From: an uncultured Verrucomicrobiae bacterium
GTDB lineage: Bacteria > Verrucomicrobiota > Verrucomicrobiia > Chthoniobacterales > JAATET01
Direction of reading: 5' to 3'
DNA: 64,000 bases
NCBI GenBank assembly: GCA_963719495.1
Contig: CAVRCI010000005.1
Span: 172,002 to 236,001, forward strand
Both the position numbers and the translations under genes were made by a program. The notes under the pieces were generated by a model, which did not search any database, was not told the origin of the DNA, and was given only the letters and a program-made list of their open reading frames with translations. Below are positions 19,776 to 30,051 of this stretch, piece by piece (positions within the stretch are counted from its first letter, which is position 1; each line of letters opens with the position of its first letter).

Positions 19776-20633
19776 ATGAATCAAATTCTCACGTGCACCG
19801 ACGGCTCGACCTACGCGCCCAGCATCTACGACCACACCGCCTGGGCCGCCCGGCACACCCCCAACTCCGCGGTCCACGTGCTGCACACGCTCGACCATCA
19901 CCGCGAGCACGCCGATCTCGCCGACTTCAGTGGTCACGTCGGGCCGGAATCCCGCGACGACCTTCTCCGTGACCTCGTCTCGCTCGAGGAGCAAAAATCC
20001 CGCGTCGCCCGCGAGCGCGGCAAGCTCATCCTCGCCGAAGCCGAGCGCCACCTCCGCGCCGCCAGCGTCGGCCGGATCACGACCGAGCAACAGCACGGCT
20101 CCCTCGTCGACATCGTCACGCGCCTCGAGACGAAAGCCGACCTCGTCGTCATGGGCAAACGCGGCGAATCCGCCGACCACGCGTCCGGCCACCTCGGCTC
20201 CAATCTCGAACGCGTCATCCGCGCCAGCAACCGCCCCGTCCTCGTCGCCTCCCGCGAATTCAAGCCCATCGACCGTTTCCTCGTCGCCTACGACGGCGGC
20301 CCGAGCGTCGAAAAGGCCATCACCTTCCTCGTCGATCACCCGCTCCTCCAAGCCACTGAATGCCACCTCCTCCGCGCCGGCCGCATCGACGAAAAAGCCG
20401 AATACTACCTCCAAGCCGCCGCCGAAAAACTTCGCGCCGCCGGCTACGAAGCCACCACCGAGGCCATCGCCGGCGATCCGGAGGAAGTCATTGCCAGAGC
20501 CGTCGAGACCCACGGGATCAACCTCCTCGTCATGGGCGCCTACGGCCACAGCCGCCTCCGCCAGCTCGTCGTCGGCAGCACCACCACCGCCATGGTCCGC
20601 ACCTGCCACATCCCCGTCCTCATGTTCCGCTAA
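19776..20633 (+). CDS. Tandem-domain universal stress protein
   Basis: DLVVMGKRG, LGSNLERVIR, VAYDG, LLVMGAYGHS; usual sulP-usp pairing. Confidence 0.92.
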   Translation: MNQILTCTDGSTYAPSIYDHTAWAARHTPNSAVHVLHTLDHHREHADLADFSGHVGPESRDDLLRDLVSLEEQKSRVARERGKLILAEAERHLRAASVGRITTEQQHGSLVDIVTRLETKADLVVMGKRGESADHASGHLGSNLERVIRASNRPVLVASREFKPIDRFLVAYDGGPSVEKAITFLVDHPLLQATECHLLRAGRIDEKAEYYLQAAAEKLRAAGYEATTEAIAGDPEEVIARAVETHGINLLVMGAYGHSRLRQLVVGSTTTAMVRTCHIPVLMFR

Positions 20634-20830
20634 GGCCGAAGGCCGCCGTCCCCCCCGGGGGGCGGGGCTCCCGCCGAGCCGTGACTGTCACCAACACCGC
20701 ACCGACCCACTCAAACCACCCGCCACACCCCGAGTGCCGTCACCCCGCCGGCGGAGCCATCTCCCCCTTCGACCTCTTGTGCACCTCCGCGGTCGGTTTG
20801 TCAGTCGCGCTCTTGCCCCGCGCGAGTCCA

Positions 20831-22264
20831 CTAGGGAATCCGGGCAACGGGAGTCGGCGGCGCCGTTAATCGCCGGATCACGCCGTCACTTTTGTTCAAA
20901 ACATATACGTTCCCCCGCGAGTCGCTTCCGAAACGAAGGTCGGCCCTCGGCGCCCCGGCATTTTCGCTTTTGATCACGTCCAAAAACGTCGTCTCCACGC
21001 CATCCCGGCCCACGCGAAGCCGCGTGATCGGAGCCGTGCCACTGGTCAGGGCAAAGTCTGCGTCGATGAAATAGACAATCCCCTTCGGTATATCCCCGAA
21101 GACGAGCTTCCCGTTCAGCTCCGGCAGACCCCCGCCGCGGTAGACCGTCCCAGTCGTCGTCGCGCTCGCCCCCTCGTGCCCATATTCCGCGATCGGGTAG
21201 ACGAACCCACTCTCCGTGCCATCGGCCCGCCGATTCGCCCCAATCTTGGCTCCGTCGACGAATTGAAAATCCCCCTCGCGCTCGCTCCAGCCGTAGTTTG
21301 CGCCCGCGAACCCGACGTTGATTTCCTCGACCGCGTTCTGGCCGATGTCCGAGATGAACATCCGCTTTTTACCGCCCCGGTCCCAGCGGAACCTCTGCGG
21401 GTTCCGCAACCCGTAGGCCCAGATCTCCGGTAGCGCTCCCGCCGCTCCCACGAACGGATTATCCCCGGGGATGCCGTAGCGGCCGTTCGCCGAATCGCGA
21501 CCGAGCGGATCGATCCGGAGGATTTTTCCAAAGACCCGCCCCAGGTCCTGCGCCAGCTTCTGCGGGTCGCCACCCGCCCCGCCATCGGCAATCCCCGCGT
21601 AGAGCATCCCGTAGTCCCGGTCGCCCGGCGAAGCGTTCGAATGGAAGGCAATCAGCCCCGCGTTGTGGTTCCCGTAAGGCTGTCGAATGCGAAGCACTTC
21701 GCGGAAGGGCTCGTCCCCGTCCGCCGCCGCGAAGGGCCGCGCCGTCGGATCCGCGCAAGTCCATTCCGTCAGCACCGTGTCGAACGCGTCACCCGAACGC
21801 GGCTCGAAATCCGCCGCACGAAAATCCGAACCCGAACTCGCGATCGTGTAGAACTTCCCGTAGCCCGGCGCGCCCTGCTTCAAAAAGTCCGGGTGAAAGG
21901 CCGCGCTCTGAAACCCCGCTTCCGAATTCGTCCGCAACTGGAACCCCGGCACGTCACGAAGATCCAGATACGAGGTCACCGTCCCCCCGTCCGCACTCAC
22001 GAAATACATCGGGCCGAGCTGATCGACGACGTAGAGTTCGCCGCTCGGCGAGGCGTCGAGTTGGCTCACTCGCGGTGCCCGTCCGTCCACGTCCGGGATC
22101 CGGGCGAAATCAACCAGATCGGCCACCGTGCGCGACTTGCGGATTCTCGGTTGAAACGGGTTGTCCGCCCGCATCGAGCCAACGAAACCGAGGGTCATCC
22201 CCGCGCACAGCAACCCAATTCCAGCCAATCGACTCACGACACGACCTCCGCCAGCTACGTTCAT
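20831..22264 (-). CDS. PQQ-dependent glucose/sorbosone dehydrogenase family secreted protein
   Basis: AFHPDF, NHNAG, DGG.GGDP, GKILRID, IP.DNPF, EIWAYGLRNP, NYGW. Confidence 0.88.
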   Translation of the reverse strand: MNVAGGGRVVSRLAGIGLLCAGMTLGFVGSMRADNPFQPRIRKSRTVADLVDFARIPDVDGRAPRVSQLDASPSGELYVVDQLGPMYFVSADGGTVTSYLDLRDVPGFQLRTNSEAGFQSAAFHPDFLKQGAPGYGKFYTIASSGSDFRAADFEPRSGDAFDTVLTEWTCADPTARPFAAADGDEPFREVLRIRQPYGNHNAGLIAFHSNASPGDRDYGMLYAGIADGGAGGDPQKLAQDLGRVFGKILRIDPLGRDSANGRYGIPGDNPFVGAAGALPEIWAYGLRNPQRFRWDRGGKKRMFISDIGQNAVEEINVGFAGANYGWSEREGDFQFVDGAKIGANRRADGTESGFVYPIAEYGHEGASATTTGTVYRGGGLPELNGKLVFGDIPKGIVYFIDADFALTSGTAPITRLRVGRDGVETTFLDVIKSENAGAPRADLRFGSDSRGNVYVLNKSDGVIRRLTAPPTPVARIP

Positions 22265-22422
22265 GGCGGCAGCGTTGCGGAAATCGCCGGACTTGCAAGT
22301 CGGCTTTCCCCCGAAAACCGAACGGATTTACCCCAACAACATCATCTTTACACGACCGCAACGCCCGTGCGTTGCGAAAAGCTATCGACGCAAAGATCTC
22401 CCCCCGCCAAATTGCACGACTC

Positions 22423-22584
22423 ATGAACAAAAAACTCCTCCTCACCATCCACGTCTGCGCGGCGCTCCTCCTCACGCTCACCTTCAACGCTTGCGAAAAG
22501 AAGGGACCCATGGAGAAAGCTGGCGAAAACATCGATGAAGCGGCCGAAAACGTCTCCGACGACGTGAAGGACGCGACGAATTGA
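22423..22584 (+). CDS. Small lipoprotein (53 aa)
   Basis: Signal + FNA-C; GPMEKAGENIDEAAE motif typical of small stress lipoproteins. Confidence 0.75.
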   Translation: MNKKLLLTIHVCAALLLTLTFNACEKKGPMEKAGENIDEAAENVSDDVKDATN

Positions 22585-22605
22585 CGAGCCTTCGGGCGCG
22601 TCATC

Positions 22606-22648
22606 GGTCCTTTCCGCACCCGCCTCGCGGGAAGGACCACCCTTTTTT
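22606..22648 (+). terminator. Probable intrinsic terminator
   Basis: GGTCCTTTCCGC...GCGGGAAGGACC then TTTTTT. Confidence 0.55.
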
Positions 22649-22747
22649 AACTCGGCGAAAGATATCGGAGATCTCCGGGTGTCCGATTCTTTTGCGTCCG
22701 GATCGTTGCCGACCCCCGATACAGGCTCATACCAACCTCGAACTTCC

Positions 22748-22909
22748 ATGGATATTTTACGCATCATACTCGCCATCTTCCTCCCGCCCCTCGGCGTTTT
22801 TCTCCAGGTCGGCATGGGCAAACACTTCTGGATTAACCTACTTCTGACGCTCTTCTTTTGGGTTCCCGGCCAGATTCACGCCATCTACATCATTCTCAAG
22901 GTCAAGTGA
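22748..22909 (+). CDS. YqaE/Pmp3 family membrane peptide
   Basis: ILAIFLPPLGVFL..G....FWINLLLTL...VPG.IHA. Confidence 0.92.
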   Translation: MDILRIILAIFLPPLGVFLQVGMGKHFWINLLLTLFFWVPGQIHAIYIILKVK

Positions 22910-23190
22910 GCCTGCGCACCAAAGTCGTCGACGCACTCCCCTTCGGCGAACCTCAGGATCAGCTTAGTATGGTCCTCAGGACCGCCACGGCCTTTGCGGC
23001 CAGTGTCCTGCTACGGAAGCTTCTCAAGGTCGTTTGGGAAAAGTCATCGGGCCGCAACGCGCCAACAAACCCGTCCATCCCGGGCGTCGGCTGGCGTGAA
23101 GCCATCCTCTGGGGCGTCCTCACCGGCGCTCTGGCCGGAACGGTCAAAGTCGTAGCCCGCCGAGGCACCGATCGTCTGAGCAGCAGATAA
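22906..23190 (+). CDS. Small membrane protein (DUF4235-like)
   Basis: W....G..AP.NP......WREA..W; GTGA overlap with upstream stop. Confidence 0.65.
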   Translation: MSLRTKVVDALPFGEPQDQLSMVLRTATAFAASVLLRKLLKVVWEKSSGRNAPTNPSIPGVGWREAILWGVLTGALAGTVKVVARRGTDRLSSR

Positions 23191-23216
23191 AGCGCGCCGC
23201 GCAACCGACAAGATCA

Positions 23217-23244
23217 GGTAGGGAAGCCGCGCCGCCGGGTTCCC
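23217..23244 (+). repeat. GTAG-headed palindromic repeat (second copy 37291-37318)
   Basis: GGTAGGGAAGCCGCGCCGCCGGGTTCCC vs GGTAGGGAAAGCCGCGCCGCGCGTTCCC. Confidence 0.65.
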
Positions 23245-23315
23245 TGACCGTCTCCCAGCGGCACCGATCTCTCAGCAAGGTCCCACCACGCCGACCAAGC
23301 TCCCGGCCCCCACTC

Positions 23316-23359
23316 AAAACGAAAAACGGCGCGTGAGGTGAACCCCACGCGCCGTTTCC
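23316..23359 (-). terminator. pnp terminator
   Basis: AAACGGCGCGTG stem + TTTTTCGTTTT on minus strand. Confidence 0.85.
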
Positions 23360-23379
23360 GTTGAGTGATGGAGCGAAAC

Positions 23380-25527
23380 TTACGCTTCCGCCGTAGCAGC
23401 AGGCTCCGACGTCTCGGCCTCGTCGCGATCTTTCATCGCGGCCTTGCGGCTGAGCTTCACGCGGCCCTTGTCGTCGACGCCGATGCACTTGACCCAGATC
23501 GCGTCGCCCTGTTTGACGACGTCTTCGACGCGGTTGACGCGGAAGTCGGCCAGCTCCGAGACGTGGACGAGTCCATCCTTCCCGGGCAGCACTTCGACGA
23601 AGCAACCGAAGTCTTTGATCGAGACAACCGTGCCCTGATACATCTCGCCAACCGTGATCTCCTTGGTCATGCCGGTGATGATTTCCTTCGCGCGGGCGAG
23701 GCTGTCGCCGTTGTTCGAGTAGATGTGGACCGATCCGTCGTCGTCGATGTTGATCTCGGCTCCGGTCTCGGCAACGATTCCCTTGATCGTTTTGCCGCCA
23801 GGTCCGATGAGAAGGCCGATTTTGTCGGCCGGAATTTTGACCGTCTCAATGCGCGGCGCGTATTGGTTCATCTCCGTCCGGTGCGTCGACAGCGTCTCCG
23901 CCATGTGCGCGAGCACCTGCGTGCGGCCTTCCTTCGCGAGTTTCACGGCCTCAGCCATGATCTCGTGACTGATGCCCGCGAGCTTGAGGTCGAGCTGGAA
24001 ACCGGTGACTCCGACGTCCGTGCCGCAGAGCTTGAAGTCCATGTCGCCGTAGTGATCTTCGCTACCAAGAATGTCCAAAATTGTCGTGTAGCGGGCCAAT
24101 CGCCCGTCGCCGCCGAATTCGGTGACCAAGCCAACCGAGATCCCCGCGACCGAGCGCTTGAGTGGCACACCGGCGTCGAGGAGTGCGAGACAGCCGGCGC
24201 AAACGCTGGCCATCGAGCTGGAACCGTTCGACTCCATGATCTCGCTCGTCACGCGAATCGCGTAGGGGAATTCCGATTCGTCGGGAATGACTGGCGCAAC
24301 CGAGCGCTCGGCGAGCGCTCCGTGACCGATTTCACGACGGCTCTGACCGCCAAAGCGGCCCGTCTCGCCGACCGAGAACGGCGGAAAATTGTAGTGCAGC
24401 ATGAACCGCTTGCGCGTCTCGCCGCCACCGTAGGCGTCGATCATCTGGGCTTCGTCGGTGGTGGCCAGCGTCGTCAGAGCGAGCGACTGGGTCTCGCCGC
24501 GGGTGAAGAGCGACGAACCGTGCGAGCGGGGCAGCAGCCCGACTTCGGACGACAGACCGCGCAGATCGTTCACGCCGCGACCGTCGCAACGCTCCTTGCG
24601 ATCCAGGATGCTGATGCGGAACGCTTTTTTCTCGAGGTAATCGAAGGCCTGTGAAATTTCGAAAGATCCCGCTTCGGGGAAACGCTCGACGATGGCTTTG
24701 GAAACTTCTTCCCGAAGCGCGCCAACGGCCTTGGCCCGGGCGACTTTGCCCGAGGTGTAGAGCGCGGATTCGATCCGGTCGCCGGCCACCTGGTAGGCGA
24801 CTTCCATCAACTCGTCCTTTACGGTGAAGAGCGGGACCTCGCGCTTGACCTTGCCGCACTCGGCGGCGAGTTGCTTCTGCGCCTCGACCAGCTTCATGAC
24901 GTGGCCCTTGGCGAAATCGAGTGCCGCCATGAAGTCCGCTTCGGGGAGTTCTTTGGCTTCGCCCTCGATCATAATGACCTCTTCGCCCGTGCCGACGTAG
25001 ACGAGGTCGAGATCGCTCTCGAACCGCTCGGAGTGCAGCGGATTCACGATGAACTCACCGTTCACCCGACCCACGCGCACGGCACCGATCGGGCCGGCGA
25101 ACGGGATGTCGGACACGCACAACGCGGCGGATGCGCCGTTGATGCTGAGAATGTCGGGGTCGATCTCGCCGTCGGCGCTCAGCAAAATGCTGATGATCTG
25201 CGTGTCGTAGAGGTAGCCCTTCGGGAAGAGCGGACGCAGCGGACGATCCGTCATGCGGGCCGTGAGGGTCTCCTTCTCGGAGGGACGGCCCTCACGCTTG
25301 AAGTAGCCGCCGGGGAACTTGCCGACCGCGGCTGCTTTCTCGCGGTAATCGACCGTGAGGGGGAACCAATCCTGGCCGTCCTTGATCTTGGTCGCCGAGA
25401 CGGCGCTGACGAAAATGATGGATTCGCCGGAGCGAACGGTGACCGATCCATCGGCCAGTCGGGCGATTTTGCCGGTTTCGAAGGTGATTTCTTGATTGCC
25501 CACCTGGGCGCTTGCGGAATGTGACAT
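23380..25527 (-). CDS. pnp: Polyribonucleotide nucleotidyltransferase
   Basis: [39 protein letters not shown] and S1 domains. Confidence 0.98.
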   Translation of the reverse strand: MSHSASAQVGNQEITFETGKIARLADGSVTVRSGESIIFVSAVSATKIKDGQDWFPLTVDYREKAAAVGKFPGGYFKREGRPSEKETLTARMTDRPLRPLFPKGYLYDTQIISILLSADGEIDPDILSINGASAALCVSDIPFAGPIGAVRVGRVNGEFIVNPLHSERFESDLDLVYVGTGEEVIMIEGEAKELPEADFMAALDFAKGHVMKLVEAQKQLAAECGKVKREVPLFTVKDELMEVAYQVAGDRIESALYTSGKVARAKAVGALREEVSKAIVERFPEAGSFEISQAFDYLEKKAFRISILDRKERCDGRGVNDLRGLSSEVGLLPRSHGSSLFTRGETQSLALTTLATTDEAQMIDAYGGGETRKRFMLHYNFPPFSVGETGRFGGQSRREIGHGALAERSVAPVIPDESEFPYAIRVTSEIMESNGSSSMASVCAGCLALLDAGVPLKRSVAGISVGLVTEFGGDGRLARYTTILDILGSEDHYGDMDFKLCGTDVGVTGFQLDLKLAGISHEIMAEAVKLAKEGRTQVLAHMAETLSTHRTEMNQYAPRIETVKIPADKIGLLIGPGGKTIKGIVAETGAEINIDDDGSVHIYSNNGDSLARAKEIITGMTKEITVGEMYQGTVVSIKDFGCFVEVLPGKDGLVHVSELADFRVNRVEDVVKQGDAIWVKCIGVDDKGRVKLSRKAAMKDRDEAETSEPAATAEA

Positions 25528-25649
25528 GGGTGTTTTTTTCTTTCAGAATTCACGCCGCCCTGTGCGACGCGATGGGTGGATGAAACTCGAGAAGCCCCAG
25601 CTAACAAATGCCGGGGCTTCCCACGAGTTTCGAGATGGATGCTGCCGCG

Positions 25650-25910
25650 TTACTTGCGGAGCGAGAGAGTCTTGAGGACGGCCTGGTAACGTTCCTCGGC
25701 CGTGCGCTTGAGGTAATCGAGCAGTTTGCGGCGCTGGGCGACCATCTTGAGGAGGCCGCGCCGGGACGAATGGTCCTTCGCGTGAATCTTGAGGTGCTCG
25801 GTGAGTTCGTTGATGCGCTTGGTCAACAACGCAATCTGCACGTCCGCGCTGCCGGTGTCTTTTTCGTGAAGCTGCAACGCGGTCGCTTCGGGTGTCTCTG
25901 TATTTGCCAT
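25650..25910 (-). CDS. rpsO: 30S ribosomal protein S15
   Basis: [27 protein letters not shown]. Confidence 0.98.
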   Translation of the reverse strand: MANTETPEATALQLHEKDTGSADVQIALLTKRINELTEHLKIHAKDHSSRRGLLKMVAQRRKLLDYLKRTAEERYQAVLKTLSLRK

Positions 25911-26004
25911 GAATCGTCTTTGGGTCGGTCGGCGAACGTGCCACGGCCCCCAAGGGGGATCAAGGGAATTCGAGAGTAATGAAAACGCGCCGCACCCTCC
26001 CCCT

Positions 26005-26130
26005 TGTCATGTTGAGCAAAGCGAAACATCTCTGACTTCTCACCGCATCTCATCGGCAAACGAAGCGCCCTGCTCCCTGCGTCGGTCGCAAAGCGTGAGC
26101 CAGAGATCCTTCACCCCGTTCAGGATGACA
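26005..26130. repeat. Gene-less inverted pair of TGTCAT-hairpin repeats (copies 5 and 6)
   Basis: TGTCATGTTGAGCAAAGCGAAACATCTCTGAC (+) ... reverse complement TGTCATCCTGAACGGGGTGAAGGATCTCTGGCTCAC. Confidence 0.88.
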
Positions 26131-26253
26131 TTGAACGAACACGCACAATGACAGGGGCCGCGAGAGTCGCGCAGGCGCCCCGTTGGCCAGCGCCCCCCAA
26201 GCAGGATGCTTGCGCTCCGAAATCGCCCAGCTTAAACCGAAAGCCCCCTCCCC

Positions 26254-27870
26254 ATGCTTGCCGTCATCCTCCTCGCCACCGTCGTCCTCACGGCAATCGC
26301 CTACCGATTCTACGGGCGCTTCCTCGAGCGCCAGACCGGCGTCGACGACGCCAATCCGACTCCGGCCCACACCGTGAACGACGGCGTCGACTACGTTCCG
26401 ACGCGCGCGTCCGTCGTTTTCGGTCACCACTTCTCCTCCATCGCCGGGGCCGGGCCGATCGTCGGCCCAATCATCGCGGCTGCGGCGTTCGGCTGGGGGC
26501 CAGTGTGGTTGTGGGTGCTCTTCGGGGCGATTTTCGTCGGCGGCGTTCACGATTTCGGCTCCACGATCATGTCGCTGCGCTACGGCGGAAAATCGATCAT
26601 CGCCGCCGCGCGCGACATCGTCGGCGAGCGGACCGGCAAGCTCCTCCTGCTCTTCGTCCTGCTCACGCTCATTTACGTGATCATCGTTTTCCTCGACCTC
26701 ACGGCCGCGGGCTTCGTGAGCACGCCGGCGGTCGCGACGGCCTCGGGTTGGTTCGTGCTCATGGCGCTCGCATTCGGATTGGTCATCACCCGCACGAACC
26801 TGCCCTACGGCGTCGCCATCGCGATTTTCGTCGCGCTCACCTACGCCGGCCTGGCGATCGGGCACTATTTCCCGGCACCGGATCTCGGGAAGGACGCGTG
26901 GATTTGCATCGTTCTCATCTACTGCTTCGCCGCCGCGATTCTGCCCGTCGGCTGGCTCATGCAGCCGCGCGATTTCCTGAGCGCGACGTTTCTCTACGCG
27001 ATCCTCGCACTTGGATTGATCGGCGCGCTGGTCAGCCATCAGGACTTCGAACTCGATTTCTTCACCGGCTTCCGAAGCGAAAATCTCGGCCTGCTCGTGC
27101 CATTTCTCTTCATCACCGTTGCCTGCGGAGCCTGCAGCGGCTTTCACAGCATGGTCGCCAGCGGGACGACTTCGAAGCAGCTGAATTGCGAGACCGACGT
27201 CCGCCGCGTCGCCTACGGCGGAATGCTCGTCGAAGCCGTGCTCGCGACCTTCGCCCTCGGCTGCGTCGCCGTCGTCGGCGGGATGAAAGGCAGCGCGATC
27301 GACACGTTCGCCAACGGGGCGGCGGTCTTCTTCGGAGCGCTCGGGGTGCCGCAGAAGCTCGGGGTGGAATTCGCCACGCTGGCCGTGAGCACCTTCCTAC
27401 TCACGACGCTCGACACCTGCACGCGGCTGGCGCGTTTTCTCGTCGAGGAGCTCTTCGGCTGGCGGGGCCTTGCCGCCCGGCTCGTCGCCACGGCGGTCAT
27501 CGTCGGCGTCGCCGGATCGCTCGCCGCGCAGAAATTTACGAGCCTCAGCGGCGAACTCGTCCCGGCCTGGAAAGCCCTCTGGCCGCTCTTCGGCGCGACG
27601 AACCAACTGCTCGCCGCCCTCGCACTCGTCACCATCACCGTCTTCCTCCGCAGCCGCCGCATCGCCATCTGGTTCGCCGCGCTCCCCGCCGCCCTCATGA
27701 TCGCGATGCCGCTGACCGCCATGATCACCATGGCCCTCGATTCGCGGATGGACACGATCCTGCGCGTCGCGGCCATCCTGCAACTCGCACTCGGACTTTA
27801 CGTCATCGCCATGGGCGTCCGCTACCTCGTCCAATCCCGGGAGACGTCGCCCGCCGCCGTTGGCGCTTGA
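26254..27870 (+). CDS. cstA: Carbon starvation protein A (peptide/pyruvate transporter)
   Basis: TPAH..NDGVDYVPT, GHHFSSIAGAGPIVGP, ITVACGACSGFH, LWPLFGATNQLLA. Confidence 0.95.
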   Translation: MLAVILLATVVLTAIAYRFYGRFLERQTGVDDANPTPAHTVNDGVDYVPTRASVVFGHHFSSIAGAGPIVGPIIAAAAFGWGPVWLWVLFGAIFVGGVHDFGSTIMSLRYGGKSIIAAARDIVGERTGKLLLLFVLLTLIYVIIVFLDLTAAGFVSTPAVATASGWFVLMALAFGLVITRTNLPYGVAIAIFVALTYAGLAIGHYFPAPDLGKDAWICIVLIYCFAAAILPVGWLMQPRDFLSATFLYAILALGLIGALVSHQDFELDFFTGFRSENLGLLVPFLFITVACGACSGFHSMVASGTTSKQLNCETDVRRVAYGGMLVEAVLATFALGCVAVVGGMKGSAIDTFANGAAVFFGALGVPQKLGVEFATLAVSTFLLTTLDTCTRLARFLVEELFGWRGLAARLVATAVIVGVAGSLAAQKFTSLSGELVPAWKALWPLFGATNQLLAALALVTITVFLRSRRIAIWFAALPAALMIAMPLTAMITMALDSRMDTILRVAAILQLALGLYVIAMGVRYLVQSRETSPAAVGA

Positions 27871-27901
27871 TTTCCCCTCCCCCGCGGGCTGGACTTGCAC
27901 G

Positions 27902-28864
27902 ATGAAACTTCTTCTCCTCGCCGCGCTCGCGATCTCGTCGACCCTGACCCTCGCGCTCGCCGACGAAAGCGCGAACGACCTCGCGAAACAGCGCGGCCTC
28001 GACGACCAGAACACCATCGTCGAGAGCGCCGGAGACCTCGCTGATCAGATCGGCGACGCCATCCCGACGAAGGACCTGGAGGAAAGCGCCTCGACCCTCG
28101 CCGACCAGCTCGGTGAGGCGATCAGCCCGGAAGACAACGAAGAAAGCGCCGCTGAACTCGCGGACCAAACCGGCGGCACCATCAGCACGACCGACTCGGA
28201 GGAGAGCGCCCGCGAACTCGCCGAGCGACAGAACCTCGAGACCACCCCGACCCCCGACCCGGCGGCGACCCCGGCGGCCACGTCCGAAGTCGCCGGAGTC
28301 AACGGCACGATCAGCGCCGTGGTCGCGACCACCGACGGCAAGGTCTACATTGGCGGACGCTTCAACCGCATCGGCAACGAACCCATCGGCAACCTCGCGC
28401 GACTCGACGCCGACGGCACCCTCGACAAAACGTTCGTCGCCGACGCGGCTGCGGGCGTCGAAGGAACCGTCTTCGCCCTTGCCATCGACGCGCAGGGCGG
28501 CTTGATCGTCGGTGGGTTTTTCAATCAGGCCCACGGCACCGAGGTCAAAAACCTCGCCCGCTACCTACCCAGCGGCGAACTCGATTCGAAATTTTCCACC
28601 GCGGGCGGCCCGAACGGCAAAGTCCTCGCCCTCGCGATCCTCTCCGACGGCACCATCGTCGTCGCCGGTCAGTTCTCGAGCTTCGCCAACGAAGAGCGCG
28701 GTAACATCGCCTACCTCTCCGCCACTGGCCAGCTGGCCGCCACGACCCCCGAGGTCGACGGCACCATCCTCGCGATCACCAGCCTCCCGGACGGCGGAGT
28801 GTTCGCAGGCGGGAAATTTGAAACAACCGACGGCCCCCGCAACGTGCTCCGCCTCGCGAAGTAA
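27902..28864 (+). CDS. Secreted protein with acidic 20-aa repeats and delta-60-like beta-propeller repeats
   Basis: Signal peptide; DGKVYIGG.F...NLARL..DGTLD.TF repeats. Confidence 0.75.
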   Translation: MKLLLLAALAISSTLTLALADESANDLAKQRGLDDQNTIVESAGDLADQIGDAIPTKDLEESASTLADQLGEAISPEDNEESAAELADQTGGTISTTDSEESARELAERQNLETTPTPDPAATPAATSEVAGVNGTISAVVATTDGKVYIGGRFNRIGNEPIGNLARLDADGTLDKTFVADAAAGVEGTVFALAIDAQGGLIVGGFFNQAHGTEVKNLARYLPSGELDSKFSTAGGPNGKVLALAILSDGTIVVAGQFSSFANEERGNIAYLSATGQLAATTPEVDGTILAITSLPDGGVFAGGKFETTDGPRNVLRLAK

Positions 28865-28873
28865 TCGCCGCTC

Positions 28874-29353
28874 CTACCCGCGTCGCTCGAGAAAAAAGGC
28901 CTTCAGAATCCCCGCGCACTCCGCCGACCGCACCCCGCTCGTCACCTCCGCACGATGATTCAATTCCGTCGTCTGCAGCAGGTTGATCCACCCACCCGCC
29001 GCGCCACCCTTCGCGTCGGAGCACCCGAAGATCACCCGCCGCAGCCGCGCGTGCACGATTGCCCCCGCGCACATCGGGCACGGCTCCTTCGTCACGTAGA
29101 GATCGCAATCCGTCAGCCGCCAATCTTCCATCACGGCCTCGGCCTGAGTGATCGCGAGCATTTCCGCGTGCGCCGTCGCGTCCTTGATCGTCTCCACCTG
29201 ATTCCACGCCCGCGCAATGATCCGCCCCTCGCGCACGACCACCGCCCCGATGGGCACCTCGGCCGCCGCGTAAGCCCGCCGGGCCCCCCGCAGCGCCTCG
29301 CGCATGAAATAGCTGTCACTCTCCAGATCAATCCTCGCGTCCGCATCTTCCAC
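28874..29353 (-). CDS. tadA: tRNA adenosine(34) deaminase
   Basis: EVPIGAV, TAHAE, KEPCPMC. Confidence 0.93.
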   Translation of the reverse strand: MEDADARIDLESDSYFMREALRGARRAYAAAEVPIGAVVVREGRIIARAWNQVETIKDATAHAEMLAITQAEAVMEDWRLTDCDLYVTKEPCPMCAGAIVHARLRRVIFGCSDAKGGAAGGWINLLQTTELNHRAEVTSGVRSAECAGILKAFFLERRG

Positions 29354-29400
29354 GCAATCCGATCTAGTCGAACCCGCCCCCGCCCGCTAACACAAAACAC

Positions 29401-30051
29401 GTGAGCCGCCGACCCACCCTCATCGCCCCCTCCATCCTCGCCTCCGATTTCGCCCTCCTCGGCGACGAGGTCGCCAGCGTCACCGCCGCCGGCGCCGATT
29501 GGATCCACTGCGACATCATGGACGGCCATTTCGTCGACAACATCTCGTTCGGCCCCGCCCTCGCCGAGGCCGCCGCCCGCCACACGTCCCTCCCGATCGA
29601 CGTCCACCTCATGATCGACCGGCCCGATCATTACTTCGGACGCTTCGCCGATTTTGCCGCCACCATCACGGTCCACGTCGAAGCCGATCACGACATCGCC
29701 GACACTTTGAAAAAAATTCGGGCCGCCGGGTGCCGAGCGGGTCTGGCCCTCAGTCCGCCGACCGACTTCGAAGCCATCGAACCCTACGCCGACCTCCTCG
29801 ACCTCGTCCTCGTGATGACCGTCAATCCCGGCTTCGGCGGCCAACCGTTCCTGTCCGAGACCCTCGACAAAGTCCGCGCAGCGACCCACCTCCGCGCCGC
29901 CCGCCACCTCGATTTCGACATCGAAGTCGACGGCGGCATCACCGCCGACACCGCGAAAAGCGCCCGCGAAGCGGGAGCCAACGTCTTCGTAGCGGGCACC
30001 AGCGTCTTCAAAGCCGAGGACCGCGCCGCCGCCATCGACTCACTCCGCTAG
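29401..30051 (+). CDS. rpe: Ribulose-phosphate 3-epimerase
   Basis: IAPSIL, HCDIMDGHFV, DVHLM, MTVNPGFGGQ, VDGG. Confidence 0.96.
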   Translation: MSRRPTLIAPSILASDFALLGDEVASVTAAGADWIHCDIMDGHFVDNISFGPALAEAAARHTSLPIDVHLMIDRPDHYFGRFADFAATITVHVEADHDIADTLKKIRAAGCRAGLALSPPTDFEAIEPYADLLDLVLVMTVNPGFGGQPFLSETLDKVRAATHLRAARHLDFDIEVDGGITADTAKSAREAGANVFVAGTSVFKAEDRAAAIDSLR

